From Lama guanicoe (Eukaryota), in assembly GCA_013239625.1 (NCBI GenBank), contig MU054166.1:13319-77318 (forward strand): a DNA stretch of 64,000 bases. Reading direction: 5' to 3'. The notes under the pieces were generated by a model. That model did no database searches and was not told where the DNA came from. It saw nothing but the letters and a program-made list of their open reading frames with translations. Position numbers and translations under genes: made by a program. Below, one piece after another: positions 39,501-54,400 of this stretch; within the stretch, counting starts at the first letter, position 1, and each line of letters opens with the position of its first letter.

Positions 39501-42500
39501 TCATTCTGATTTTAATTTGAGATTTCCAAATGGATAGCAACGTTATGTTTCTTTTTATGTGAATGAAAATCATCCACATGTCTGTTTTTGAAAAGTTTCC
39601 GTGAAGAACCTTAAACTGTTTTAAAGTTGGGGACTGTGTTTTAAAATACTTAGTCTAATATGCTACATATGTATTATGGATATTAACACCTTGTTGGTCT
39701 CATAGTCTGAAATTTTTTCCTTCTATTCTGCGTGTTGTCATATGTCTTGTAGAAGGTTTCCTTTGCTCTGCAAAAGGTTTTGCACTTCACACTTAAACAA
39801 GAAGTAGAATCCCTGTATCATGAAATAAATCAAATTTTTCCTACATAAACTTAAAACTGTTATTGAAAATTTTCTTTTCATTTTTTTACTTGGGAGACAG
39901 ATCACCAATAAATATTGCTATGATTTATCTTAAAGTCCATTCTCCTCATGTTTTTGGTCAGAAATTGTATAGTTTCAGGTTTTACATGTAGGAAATTAAT
40001 CCATTGTTATCTTATTCTGTATTCTATGGAAGGAAGTGCTCATAAATCTTCCTTTTACATGTACTGTCCAGTTTTCCCAGAACTACTTGTTGAAGAGACT
40101 GCCTTTTTTCCGTTGTATACTCTTGCCTCCTTCATTGTAGACTAATTGACCATATGTGTGTGGGTTTATTTTTGGACTCTTTATTTTGTTCCATTGATAT
40201 ATATGTCTCTTTTAGTGATATATATTGATGTTTTGATTACTCTAGCTTTGTAGTATGTTATAAATTCAGGGAGGATAATACCCAAAGATTTGTTCATTTT
40301 TCAAATTTAATTTTAGAAAATTTAGTTTTTTCCTATTTTTGTATAGATTTTATTTTTTTCTACTTGTTTTGAGAAGAAACATATAGATTCTGTGAGAATA
40401 GAAATTTATTAAAAGTAAAAACCTAAGAAAAATAGTAAAATGTGGAGGATAAATCATACAATATTAAAGAACATATGGATTGCTGTAAAAATCAAAGGAA
40501 ATATATATAAAGAAAAATGACAACAAAAACAAAGTCCATGGGGTATAGCAAAAGCAGTAATAATAGCGATTCTTATAGCAAATAATCTCACTTATACAAA
40601 TAAGAAACATCTCTCTCTTATAATCTTACAAAGATATAGCAAAATAGGAAAAAATTGTTAGTAGAAGGAAAGACAGTTGAAAGTTCAGAACATAAATAAA
40701 GTAATGATTAAAAATAGAAACATTCAATCAAACTAAATAATGGCTTTTGATAGATAAATAAAATTCATAAACTTTAAACAGACTCATGAGAAAAAAGAGT
40801 ACAGATTAATAAGCTCAGAAATAAATGAGAAGTTACAGCTTATATCATAGAAATACAAAACATCCTATGAAGATTCAACAAATTTTATGTAAATAAAACA
40901 TAAACCCTAGAAGAAATATACAATTTCTGAGAAAGACATAATCTCCAGGATGAATGAGAAATAGAAAATTTGAATAGATTAGCACTAATGAAATTGAATA
41001 TGTCATTAAACAAAATCTCCCAACAAACAAAATTCCAGGCCTAGACAGCTTCACAGGTGAATTTTGCCAAACATTTAGAGAAGAGCTATCACCTATACTT
41101 CTCAGAGAATTCCAAAAATTTGGAGAGGAATGAAGGCTTCCTACCCCACCTTTCTGTATCACACTACTACTAAAACTGGAACAAATATCTGATAAAATTA
41201 CAGGTAAAATACTACTGATAAGTATTGGTGTAAAAATCATCACTGAAATGTTTGCAAAGCAAAAAATACATTAACAGGATTATATATTATGATTAAGTCC
41301 ATTTTAATCCAGGGATGCAAAAGTGATTCATTACCTGCAAATTAATCAATTTGATATACCACACTAACAAATTTAAGAATAAAATTTTATAGTCACATCA
41401 ATAGAGTCATAAAATGTTTTGACAATTCATTAACTATTTAAGATTATATTTTTCCTCAAATTGGGCATGAGGAAACATACCTCAAAACAGTTAAGGTCAT
41501 ATATGACAAGACGTCATCTAACATGACAGTCACTGATTAAAAGCTGAAAGCATCTCCTGTTAGAGCAGTAAGAAGACAAGAATGCTCACCCTTACCACTT
41601 TTATTCAGTATAGTATTGGAAATTCTAGTCATAGCTATCCAAAATAAAAGGAAATATAATCTAGCTAATTAAGAACAGAAGTAAAAGTATCTGTTTGCAG
41701 ATGACATACATTAAACAGAAATCCTATAGAAGGCACCTCAAAACTACTAGGCCTTATCAATGCATTTGGTTAAATTTCAGAATGTGAAATTAACATACAA
41801 AAATTTTGCATTTCTGCACACAAGCAACTAGCTAACAGAGAAAGTGAGGGAACTGTCTCAATTACAGTTGCATTACAAAAAATATTCTAGAAATATATTG
41901 AACCAAGGAGGTAAAAGACCTGTACACAGAAAACTATAAAATATTTATAACAGAAATTGAAGATAATGCAAACAGGCTAAAGGATATACTGTGTTCATTG
42001 ATGAAGAAAAAAATATTGTTTAAATGACAGTACTAGCCAAGAAAATATATTAATTAAATCCAGTGCCTATCAAAATACCAAGGACATTTTCAGAATTTAT
42101 AATAAATAATTTTAAAACTTACATTTAAACACAAAAGAGATGAAGTCACTAAAAAAAAAGAAAAGAAAGAAAACAAACAATAAACACAAACATATTTGAC
42201 AAAGAACAGAGAAGATGTATCACTTTCCCTAATTTAAAACTATAATAAAAAGCTACAGTAATAAAAAGGATATGGTAGTGGCACAGAACAAAGAAAATAA
42301 TGGAACACAAATAATGCCTGAAAATGAAATCAGACAGTTATGGTCATTTAGCCCATTACTAAAAATTAATATAGAGTGGGGAAAGGTAATAAACAGGAAT
42401 ATGAAACCGGTCAACATCACTAACCATCAGAAAAATGCAAGTCCAAGGCACAAAAAGATTGTATGTCAGTCCTGTCAGAATGAATATTATTGAAAATATT

Positions 42501-45500
42501 ACACATAAATATGTTGGTGAGGATGAAAGAAAAACAACCCTGATGCACTGCTGGATTGAATGTAAATTTGTGCTGCCACTGTGGAAAACAGTATGCAGTT
42601 TTATCTAAAAATTAAAAATGAAATATAATCCAACATTTCCATATCTGGATACTTATACCAAGAAAATAAAAACAAAAACTAGAAAAGATATATTTAAACC
42701 TATATTCACTACAGCATTATTTACAATAGAGAGGATATAGAAGCAAATTAATTGTTCATCAACAGATAATGGATAAAGAAAACGTGTGTTTATAGTATAT
42801 ATATCTACCAATCTATAATTTTTATTTTTATATTTTATAGACTTATCTATATTTATGTATATATATATGCACACACAGATAAATATACTTTGGGTTATTA
42901 CTCAGCTATGAAAAGAATAAGTTCTTCATTTGCAAGAAAAGGGTAAACCAAGAGGGTAATATGCTAAGTGAAATAATTCAGAAAGAGAATGACAAATGCT
43001 GTATGATTTTACTCTTATTGGAATTTAAAAGAAATGAACATAACACAAAAGAAAAGAAGATATAGATATACAAAGAAACAGGTTGTTCACAAGAAGGAGG
43101 AAAAAGGTGTGAGGAAAAAGAAATATTTGATGAAAATTAAGAGAGAAAATTTTCCAGTTGCAAATTAAATGAGTCAGGGGCAAGAAATGTGCTGTATGGG
43201 GAATAGTAAATAAATATGAAATATCTTTATATAGCAACATATCATAACTAGATATATTCTTGTGATCAGTTTGAAATTTACTAAATATAGCAAACAGTAT
43301 GTTGTGTAAGAGGAACTAAAACAGTTTATAAATTANNNNNNNNNNNNNNNNNNNNNNNNNNNNNNNNNNNNNNNNNNNNNNNNNNNNNNNNNNNNNNNNN
43401 NNNNNNNNNNNNNNNNNNNNNNNNNNNNNNNNNNNNNNNNNNGCAGGTGTTGGGTGTATTTGATTAATGCACTCAAAAGCCACAAACCACCAGCTGTAAA
43501 AGAAATGTGTCCTAGGGATGCCCTAAATTAACATGAAAATTACAATTAATACTGCTTTATGTTATATATGAATGTTGTTAAGGGACTAGATCATATGTTT
43601 TCTTATCACAACAAAAAGGCAAATCGTATCTCTTTAATATTGTATCTAAATGAGACAATGAATTCTCCCTAAAGTTGCTATGATATTTATTTCATGAAAC
43701 TTGTAAATCAAATCATTATCCTGTTCACCTAAACTTACACAATATTCTACACAAATTATATCTCAATAGAATCAGAAGGAAAAATGGAAAGTCAATATTG
43801 AATTATTCCCATAACATTTCTCATGATTGCTTCTGCAGCAAGTAAACTTGAGTCATGATATACTTATCCAAGGTAAAGATACTAATAAATAAGTGATTCT
43901 AATAAATAATACATAAAGATACTAATAAAATTAGTGTTTTACCATGACTTAAACTTCCTTCATGTTAGCCTACTGCTTCTGTAGGCATCAAAATTTCACT
44001 CTGTGTATTCATCTGAGATTAGGGAATGGATACAAATTTAAAACTGGCTACTCTTGCTCTGAGAGATAAAGTTCACTATCTCTGACCGATGGTCTCATCT
44101 CCCCGAAAGCATCTGTAAGAAATGAACATACTAGGTTGCTAAATATCTCAGTATGGTAAAATCTCAGAACTCCTAAAATTCTTAACTGTTTTACAGTGGG
44201 AATGCAATATTGACAAAAACTTGAGTTTGGATAACAATGTGGTGTTTTCTCATGGTTGCATTATGGGATGTGAGGATAATCACTGAGATCCACAACAAAC
44301 ATTCTTACTAAAGTGCTGGGCAAAGACGTATAAAGGTTCAGCATTATTAGGACTGAGGACTACTTTCAAAATGATGACTATGCTCACTCTATTCCAGGTA
44401 GTACAAGGAAAAAAGTTTTCGCAATTTCTAGGTGAACGGGAATAAGTCAGTTGTTCAGTCACTATAAATTAGTCAACGGTGTTCAAAGCCAAAATAAGCT
44501 GTGTCAACAATGAGAATTAGAAGAAAAAAAAATTGGAAATAAGCTTAAATTAAAAATGAGACACAGTCCTGTGCTGGGCTCTGGGAAATTGAGAATGTAT
44601 ATGCCTCTGTCCAATTCAAGGTTCAGTGGCTTGGCCCTCACATCAGCTCGGGATTCAATGAACAGGTAACAATTAGTATACTGGGAGAAATATAATATAC
44701 CTCTCCCTGACTGGAAGAAAATCTGGTGGCTCAATGAAACTCTTAATTCACAGATATTCTGCCAGATGCAGAAGAATAATTTAATGATGACTCAACTAAG
44801 AAAAACGTAGTTACTGCTTAACAATCCATCTTCACACACACACACAGTGGTAGACAGATTTGTAGTATTTAGTGGGAAGAGTTTTGTGTGCAGAGCTCAG
44901 AGAATAGTTTTCAAAGCACCAGCCAACTTTTGTACTTTTGCCAATAGTCTAGATTTTCTCCGGTAGAAAACTACAGATGGACAAACAAGCAATATTCTTC
45001 TTTAGGATTTCTAATTTTTAAAGTAAACTGTAGCTTTTGACTTATCATTATAGAACCTTGTTCAGATGATCACGGTAAAATCCACTGTCTGATAAGAGAG
45101 CTGGAAACTAGCTGCTGAACCAGCCCATCTGAACTCCAGACTGCTAATGTAAACAACAACATAGCCACCATCAGAGTTGAGCTGACAAACTTAAAACTTG
45201 ATGTTTCTGTTGTAGGATAAACCACTGCTGTCCAGAGACAGATCTCCTGCTGCAAGTGGTCTCTTTTCTTCTCTTGGAAAAGGACATATTGATGGGATGT
45301 TGCAAGAGCTTACCCTGGACCATTTTCCCTTTCTCCAGATTATCAAAGGCTTTCTTCACAACTGGTGACATGTTTTCAGGACCCAATGTTGCCATTCCAG
45401 TCTTATCCACTGACATTGGCTGCATGATTATGAGCAGAAGCCTTAGACACCCTGAACTTGCCTATAATTTTTCCAGCACTACAGGTCATTTCACATTCTG

Positions 45501-47043
45501 AAAATGCTTCAAATTTTATTTTAAATTAATGGGAAATTGTCAAATTCTTCCATGAATATTTTATATTTCCTAATATCTGCAGAAATTTGGTATTCTTGCA
45601 GTTGGACAAATTTTTAATTCCACAAGCCTCACCTTTTTCTAGTCCACACGTTTTAGATTGCAATTTGGTTGCTGAATATGACCACCCCAACCAAGTTTCT
45701 AGTACCTCTTAGATACTACATGTATGAATGTTAGAATGGGCACAAGTTATGTGGGGTGCATAAACCTACATTAAATGTTTGCAATAGCAGTGTCTCTTAT
45801 GGACAAAGTTCTGAGTCTAAGAAGTAAATTAATTAGAAGTCAGTATAGTTATTGGTGTGGGGAAGATAATCAGCTATTCTGCGGTGGGTGGGTGATGAAG
45901 AGACAGGAAAAAATGCAGCAAGTCAAAATGGAATGCTTTAGGCCTCTGGAGGCATGAATTAAGAAGAAAATAATACTTTGTCTCCTGTACTTACCTCCAC
46001 TTACTGTCTTGAGTGACTAGTCCTTGGGCTATGAAAAGAGCTAGTTTNNNNNNNNNNNNNNNNNNNNNNNNNNNNNNNNNNNNNNNNNNNNNNNNNNNNN
46101 NAGTTTTGTTGGGAAAGTAGATTTTGCTTAAAGTCAACATGTATTTTTCATTCACTGAATACTAAAATACATCCTGCGGCGTATGCTGTGCTTACTGTGC
46201 TGGTATCCAAGTTAGACAAGGAAAGGCGGATAGACAGAAAACATCTGAAGGAGGTAGTTTCTGAGCTGAGACTGGGAAAGTCTAAGTTGGTAAATGGAGG
46301 ACACCCAAAGTCCAATGATGAGCTGGATCAATAGTGGTGAGGTAGCAGCTAAAATAGTTGACAAGTATTTGTCTGGATGTATCTCCAGATACAGTGAAAC
46401 ATAAAGCTATGCCAAGGAAGTCAGATGCCATATTTATAAAGAAATGACTAAACTACGTTGAGTTTGTGTGCTTAGATTTGGAAAGGCATTAAGTGCCACA
46501 CTGAGGACGTAAGTTTGTCTTTGGCTGGAACATAAAAGCAACGTTAAATACAGACTAGAAAATATAGCATAGACTCTTGAGGGCAGGAAATGAAAGAACC
46601 AATTTGAATGCTTTTAGGACAGCACAAAGAAGACCATAAATAAAATTACTTCTTAAATTCTACTATATGCTGAAAGTGCCATCTGAGGCTATATCATGTG
46701 ACCTTTATGATTCCAGGCATGATATAATAGAGACCATGATCCCTGGGCTGGTTCCTGCATTTATCTTCTGCTCCAACCCATCCTAACTTAATAATTTTAA
46801 TCCTTTCCAGGATGAACCAGGAACCACTAAGTATTTTTCCCTCTCTCCATGTTTTAGTCTTTCTCCAAATTCTTCCATTTTTTCTTTTTCCTTACAAGAA
46901 ATTATTTAAATTAACTCCCATACTGTTCCATCAAATGATCATATCAATCAAATATCTCTTTTTTATTTAAATAGTAAATTTGTCTCCCATTTAACTCTTA
47001 ACACTATGTAAAAAAATAAGATAAATACAGGTACACATCTATG

Positions 47044-47049
47044 TTTATT
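47044..47049 (-). terminator. Candidate polyadenylation signal (AATAAA) of HSFY copy 2
   Basis: Same position relative to the stop codon as in copy 1. Confidence 0.6.
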
Positions 47050-47142
47050 GTTCAAATAAGAAAATTGCAGATATTTGTCGACATTTGCCAACATCAATTT
47101 TAATCTTTGTTTTCCTGCATAATCTGTTACTCCTCTGGTAGA

Positions 47143-48809
47143 TCAGTTGTAATTAGGATGACTTTCATAAACTGAAGATGTCTAATGAGTTGGCCTTGAA
47201 AGAGAGCTGATGTATCAACTATCACTGGCATGGAAACCGTGGGTTGATCCCTGGTTTAAGTTTAGAAAATCGACTTTCATTGGCAGATATGTTGTGATAT
47301 CTATTTGGAAAAAAGAAGGCTCCACCATGTGTCCAAAATAATTCCTCTGTATGGAGACAAGATGGTGTATTGAGAATTAGAATTTGTAATTGTAATGAAG
47401 TTCAAAACACGTCCATTTGCTTCAGTGTAGCTGCTTTGAGAGTGCCCGTGGACAGTGGTCAGCTGATTTAAAATAGCAGGTTGATCCAATGCAATTTGTT
47501 CTGGTGGTCTAACTGATATTGATGATGGAGAAGAAAAATCACCTCTCATCGGGTTACTTGCATCAACATTTCTGTGGCTAGTAGAGGGCTTTATTATTAG
47601 AGGCATGTTTAAATTTGCAGAAGGTAAAAATGCACTTTCTCCACTAGTGTAAGACACAAAACCAGAAATATGTTTATCCACATTACCCACTACTTTATAG
47701 TACTTCTTGTTGAAATCTTCAGCCAATGAACATACCAGAGAGGCATTTTTAATCCCTACTTTTGTTTTTATTCTCACTAAAATCTGGGGACAGCCTCATT
47801 TAAAATTTGTATTATGATAGAACTGCCGCTACAACCAAAGTAGAAAGATTTAAGTAATTGTTTAAACCAAAATACAACACTACAATAAGCCTAACTTATA
47901 AAACCTCAGATTTCATGTTTACTATGTAAAGATATTATCATCAAAATATGAGTATTGCTGATGATTTTGAAGATCCTTTTTGGAAAATACACATTTAAAT
48001 AGTAAAGTCATTAAATAAAAGGATTAGCATTTGCAGTAACAGTGAATGCCACTTTTGAAAAGCAGCTTTGATACCTTTATTTAGATTTCTGATAAGATTC
48101 ATAGTTGCCAGCAAAGTTTCTTATCATCTGAATGCTTTAGCCACTGTCCTAATTTTTTAGAAAAAATTAAGGATTTTACCCTTAGTAGTTTTATATAATT
48201 TTCAAAATTTATCTTTACATTTATATTACCATAGACTGATGTACAAAATAAAATTTTATATATAAGTTACCATGTGGTAACTAAAGTTTCTGAATACTTT
48301 GCTTAAAACAGAGACTTATTTTCTTCTGCCAGAAAGTCTGCTAAACAAGCAGATCTTTGAAAATTCTACCGCAATTTATTAAACCCATAAAGTTTAAGCT
48401 GTCTAACTAAACTTTTCATACTTCCAGTTTCAAATACTCTGAAAGGGGCCTTTCTTTCCAAAACTTCCTTTTTAAAGACAACTTCATCAATCACTATGGA
48501 AGTTCCATTATCATCCCACCAGACCGATTTAAATTGGTCACTCCCAGCCATTTTCCAGAGTTTTCTTGGAAATGTCAGAGAACGAAAATCATTATCTTCA
48601 TCTGATTCAGAGACAGAATTTGTGTAAAATGGCCTTTTTATCAAGAATTCTTCAGACAAAGTCTGAAAAGCATTTTCTTCAATCATAGATCTCAAGTCCA
48701 AGTCCCCAGAGATTGTTTGATCACACAATAGAGATCAACCGGAATTTCCTGAACCACTTGGTCCATCTTTACGTGACACATCTTGAATTTCTGAAGAAAT
48801 ATGTGCCAT
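47143..48809 (-). pseudogene. HSFY: HSFY pseudogene, copy 2 (complete two-exon structure)
   Basis: Exon 1 (48809-48298) reads MAHISSEIQDVSRKDG...DLRSMIEENAFQ...FPRKLWKM...WWDDNGTSIVIDE...KSLVRQLKLYGF, an HSF DNA-binding domain colinear with human HSFY (MAHVSSETQDVSPKDE...FPRKLWKI...RQLNLYGF, recalled). The intron is GT..AG, 48297-47829 (469 bp). Exon 2 (47828-47143) ends HPNYN-TGA. Lesions: TGA 48737-48735, TAG 48368-48366, a 1-bp deletion near 48318, TGA 47798-47796, and 7 bp lost across four small deletions in 47200-47355. Confidence 0.96.
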
Positions 48810-48913
48810 TACATATAAATTTTTCTACAGCTACTTTTCTAATCTGCATGATTTTGAGCACTGCAGCTTCAAATGCTGCTTTGGCAGGCCTGCACAGATA
48901 AACTGCTTGGCCA

Positions 48914-48973
48914 TTATAATTGTTCTCATCCTGAGTAGCTGTGAGATCACAAAACGACTGGTCTCCTAGCAAC
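48914..48973 (-). promoter_or_regulatory. Candidate HSFY proximal promoter (X-box-like, CRE-like and TATA-like motifs)
   Basis: GTTGCTAGGAGAC (48973-48961, RFX X-box-like), GTGATCTCAC (48950-48941, 2 mismatches to GTGACGTCAC) and TTATAA (48919-48914) lie 105-165 bp upstream of the ATG. Confidence 0.35.
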
Positions 48974-51479
48974 TCAAGTGTAACATTCAGCCAGTGTTTA
49001 CTTCTCATTCATCCAGTTAAAATGAAGCATATATATGATGCTTATTTTTACACTTTGATCTGCAAATTTTACCCCACAAAATCTTTTTAAATAATTTAAT
49101 TTTTCGGTCTATTAAGTAAAATCTATCTCCATCCATTTGTACACAAATTTATAACAGATTGGTAAACAGAGAATAAATAATGCAGAAAATATATAAAATA
49201 ATTTTAAAGTTTTGGAATTTAGAGTGAAATTTGTGTATAACCTGTACAGAATATGTATAACTATTTCATCATCATTTGTAAATAAACTGAAACATAATTT
49301 AATTTGGAAATGGAAGTAGGTATTTATCTGTGTACTTTACAATACATAGCTCTATATTGAAAACATGAGATGAATAAATATCGGTTTATGTGTTATGTTT
49401 ATAAATAAATGGTTAATATTTATGAAATAAATTTAGATTAAACTAATCAATCAAATTTAAAAATCCCAAAGGGGGATATTTTGTTTTAAATTGTAATTCA
49501 GTGCTATAATTGAAACCAATGTAATTTAATATTCAACATTAAAAATGCAAAAGAGACAATCTTATTGTATATTTACAAATGTTTTTTTGTTTGCCATTCT
49601 TTCACTCAGAAGTTTATCAGTCTCTTGAAATAATAAATTTTCTTGGCATCTTTGTAGTACATACTCTTGGGGTTTCTGTTAAGTGTTCCAGAATCATATT
49701 GAAAAATAGACTTATGCAAATGCTCCTTGGTTCAATAAACATTGCCTCATTTTTGGGGCAAACAAACAATCAAAAAACAAAGATGTAACACTATATGTCG
49801 TTTGTGGTGGACAAGACCTGGTCTTGCATTTTAGGAAGCAATATGTTTCTCAGTCCTGAAACAGTTGACATTGTTAGTATAATACGGCATTTTAAGGCAA
49901 GTGTTTTGTGCACTAATTGTAAATAATAGCTATGTTCTGAATCAGTTAACTGTAGTAAATCCAGTTCTACCAAAATTATATATTTATTTAGAAATAAATT
50001 CCATTAAAATTAAACCAAATTCAAAATGAGAGATATAATTTTTAAATAAATAAATGTACCTTCAAGCTACAATGTAAAGTTTTCCTTCAGTATCTGTAAA
50101 TTTCATTCTAAATAAATATTAGCAACCTGAATTAATGGCATATTATACGTAGCATAAACTATTGTTAAGTTGGTTTTAGTCCTGATTCATAAATATTATT
50201 TAACATATACAAATGAATATATGTGATACCATCCCTTTAAAAAACAAAGAATTCAAAAATAACAATCTTCAAATATGTCGGAAAGTTATTGACAGACCTC
50301 ATCTTGACTTTTTATAAAAATATTCTTAAATTCACTCTAGATAGAATGTAACTAAGCATAATATAAGCCATATATGAAAAATCCATGACATATCAATTTC
50401 AATGTTAACATGCAGGAAGGTTTTCCTCTGGTCCAGTAATAAGAAAAAGTAGCTCATTTTCACAAGTCCTAAATTACACTACTAGTAGTCCTAGCCAGAA
50501 CAACTAGTCAAGCAAAAATATAAAATTCATCCAACGTGTAGTAAAGCAGTGAAGTTTTTACAGATGACATAATTATGCATAGATAGAAAACTCCATAGAC
50601 TCCTCCAGTGACTGTTTGAAATAATGAACAAACTTAGTAAACTTGAAGAACACAAAATCAATATACAAATATCTGTTGCATTTTTGTATAGTAACAACAC
50701 TATATCAGGGAGAGAAATTAGGAAATCTATTGTGTGTAAATTTATACTAAAAATAATAAAAGAGGAATACATTTGGTAAGTGAAATAAAATATCTAAACA
50801 TAGATCTATAAATTAAAGGTGCAAGAAATATAAGTAAACCAAATAAATAAAAGATATTCTGTGCTCATTGATTGTATATAATGTAAGGAAATACTTTAAT
50901 CTATCTTTCACATGTTCAATCTCCCCAGCACTACATATTGAGGAGAATGTCTTTTCTTCATTTTATACTCTTGCTTCCTTTTTTATGGGTTAATTGATCA
51001 TTCGTGTGAGGGATTATATCTGGTTGCTCTATAATCTTCTATTGATTGGTGTCTGTTTTTGAGCCAGTATCATGTTGTTTTAATTACTAAAGCTTTGTAG
51101 GACTGTTTAACATGGGAGAGGTTTACACCATTACATTTAATACACTTTTTCAAGTTTATTTTGGCAACTCATGATCATTGTGGTTACATATAAACTTTAA
51201 AATTATTTGTTCTATATATTGGAAAATCTCATGGGTATTTTGACATGAATCACACTAAACGTAGATTGCTTTGTGTAGTATAGTTGTTTCAAACACATTG
51301 TTTCACAGCTTTAACTTAAGAGATCATTTCATTTCTTTAGACCAGTTTTAATTTCCTTTATGAATGTTTTCTGTTTTTTAACGTATAAGATTTCACCATA
51401 TTTGTTATCTTCATTTATAGGTGTTCTTTACATTTATATATAATTATATACAGATTTGTAAACTCGTTTCCTACACAAA

Positions 51480-54400
51480 AACAGCAGGCAGAAGACAGTG
51501 GCAAGACATATTCAAAGTCCTGAATGAAAGAAAGCTGTAATCTAAGATACTTAATCAAGCACGGCTATCTTTTAGAATAGAAGGAGAGATAAATAACTTC
51601 CACACAAGCAAATACTTAAAGAATTTAGCAAGAGAAAAGAAATAAAAAAGATCTACTCTAAATAATAAAGAAGCAGGATGCTATAGAAAAGAGAAAGGCA
51701 TAATTAGAAAGGCAATATCTACAATGACTTACAACAGAAAAAATATGACGTTGTAAAAAAAGGACATCAAAATTTTTAAGGGTCAAAGTGTGAAACAGGA
51801 ACATACAGAGTGTTTTTTGTCTTGTTTCTGTTCTCTGTAAGATGGGTTTGAGTTTGTATTCTTATCAGTTAAAATAAACAAATAAAGTACGTGTCAATAT
51901 ACATACAAAACAAGGTAATGATAAGTCAAAAGCTTACAATGAAGTCACAAAGACATAAAGAAACCAAGGTAATAAAATGAAACTGATCAAGCCACAAAAA
52001 CAAAAAGAAATGAACAAAAAGAAAATATCAAATCAACTGGAGAATGAAGTTCAATATGGAAATAAACACCAGTCTATCAATATTTATCAAAATTGTTAAT
52101 GGACTTAGTGCTTCAAACCAAAGATAAATAGTCAGATGTGTTAATATAACAAGACCCTACATTATGAAGCATAGAGGAGACCCACTTTAGTAAGAGGAAC
52201 ACACATCCATTGAAAGTCAGAAGGTGGAAAAATATATTACATGCAAATGCACATGACAAGAAAGCAGGACTAGCAGAATTGACTTCACAAAAAGAGACTT
52301 TACAAACTGACCATAGAGAAAGATGAACAAGGACATGATATAATGATAAAAGGAGCAAATCAAAATGAGGGTATTATACTCATTAAGATATATGCACTCA
52401 ATATAGGAGCAATTAAATACATAAAGCAAACTTTAATAGATAAAAATAGAGAAATCCCTGGGAACACAATCAAAGTAGGAGACTATAACTCCCCATTACC
52501 ATCACTGGACTGGTCTTTCACACAGAAAATTAAAAAGAGATCAAAGATACTAAAATAAATTATAAAATAATTGGAGGTGCTTGATAATTTCAAAACAGTA
52601 CTTCTCCCCAAAACAGAATATACATTCTTTTCCTGTGCACAAGGAACATTTCCTATGAAAGATTATGTACTCAGGCACTTAAGAAGCCTCAACAAATTTA
52701 AGAAGATAAAAATTATTTCAAGCATCTTTTCTGAGTATAATACCATGAAACTAGAATTCAATCACAGAAAAACAGGGAGAAAAAATGACAGCATCCAGAT
52801 TAAAAAACATGACACAAAAACAAGGGGGGAGGTGATGAAATAAAAGTAGAAATTAAAAAATATCTTCGGAAATATGACAAAACACTGCACAGATTCTATG
52901 GAATACTGTTAAAACAGGCTTAAGAGGGAAGTTCATAGTGACAAGGCCCTCCTCAAAGTAGAACCAGAATTTCAAATAAATAATCTAACGTTCTAGGTAA
53001 ACTAATCAAGAAAAGAAGAGCAAACAAAACCAAAAGTCAACAGAAAGAGGGAAAAAATAAAGATCAAGGAAGAAATAATTGAAATAAAAAATAGAAAAAA
53101 TCAATCAATCTCTATTTTGAAATAGTAAACAAAATTGACAAATCTCTGGACAGGCTCACTAACAAGAAAGAGAGAGAACACAAATAAATTAGAAATGACA
53201 ATGGAGAAACTATGAAGAGTACAACAAATTTACAAAAAATCATAAGGGAATACCATGAGCAACTGTATGCAAACTGGATACCCAGGAAGAAATGGAGAAG
53301 TTTTTGGAAACATTCAGCCCACCAATATTGCATCAAGGAGAAGTTACACACTTGAACACACATATCACCAGAATTGGAATAGAATTATCAATAAAATAAA
53401 AAAAATTCTCTGCAAACAAAATTCAAACCCAAATAGCTTCAACGGTGATATTGATGAAATATACAAAGAAAAATCCATACCCGTCCTCCTCAAACTCTTC
53501 CAAATGATTGATAGGGAGATAGTACTCCCAAACTCACACCATAAGGCCAAGAGCAACTTGATACCAAAACCAGACAAAGACACTACCCAAAAAGAAAACT
53601 ATAGGCCAATATCATTGATAAACATAGAAGGAAAATCCTTGAGAAATTATTAACAAAAAGAATCCAAGAGCATGTAAAAAAAAGACCATGAACCATCGAC
53701 AAGTTAGGTTCATCCCAGGAACACAAGGATGGTTGAACATAGTCAAATCAATCAATCAATTGTGATACTCCGTATCAACAAAAGAGAAGACAAAAATGAT
53801 ATGATCATATCAGTAGATGCAGAAAAAGCATTTGACAAAATTTAACATCTATTTGCAATAAAAGTTCTTATCACAGTGGGTATAGAGGGACCATATCTCA
53901 ACATAAAGAAAGCTATTTATGACAAACTTATACCCAGCAAAATACTCAGTGTTGAAAAACTGGAACCCTTCCCACAAAAACCTGAGACAAGACAAGGATG
54001 CCCATTCTCTCAATTTCAATTAAATATAGTCTTGGAATTCCTAGCCACAATGATCAGGCAAGAAAAGCAAATAAAAGGATTCAGACTGGAAAAGAAGAAG
54101 TAAAATTGTCACGATATGAAGACATGACACTATATATAGAAAACTGTAAAAGCTTCACAAAAAATACTTAGGCTAAAAAAGGAACTGGGCAAGGTAGCCA
54201 GATTAATGTACAAAAACCAAATACATTTCTTTACACTACCATTGAATCAACAGGAAAACAAAGTATAGAAACAACCCATTTTATTTCGGCACCCAAAATT
54301 TTAAAATGCTTAAGAATAACTCTGACCAAGGAGGTGAATGACTTGTACTTGGAGAACAAGAAAATATTGATTGAGGAAATCAAGAAAGATTTGAGGAATT

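Noticed and set aside
47301..47777. 158-aa ORF as an independent gene
   Set aside because: It is part of HSFY exon 2, starting just after a premature stop and ending out of frame after a frameshift; GTG start.
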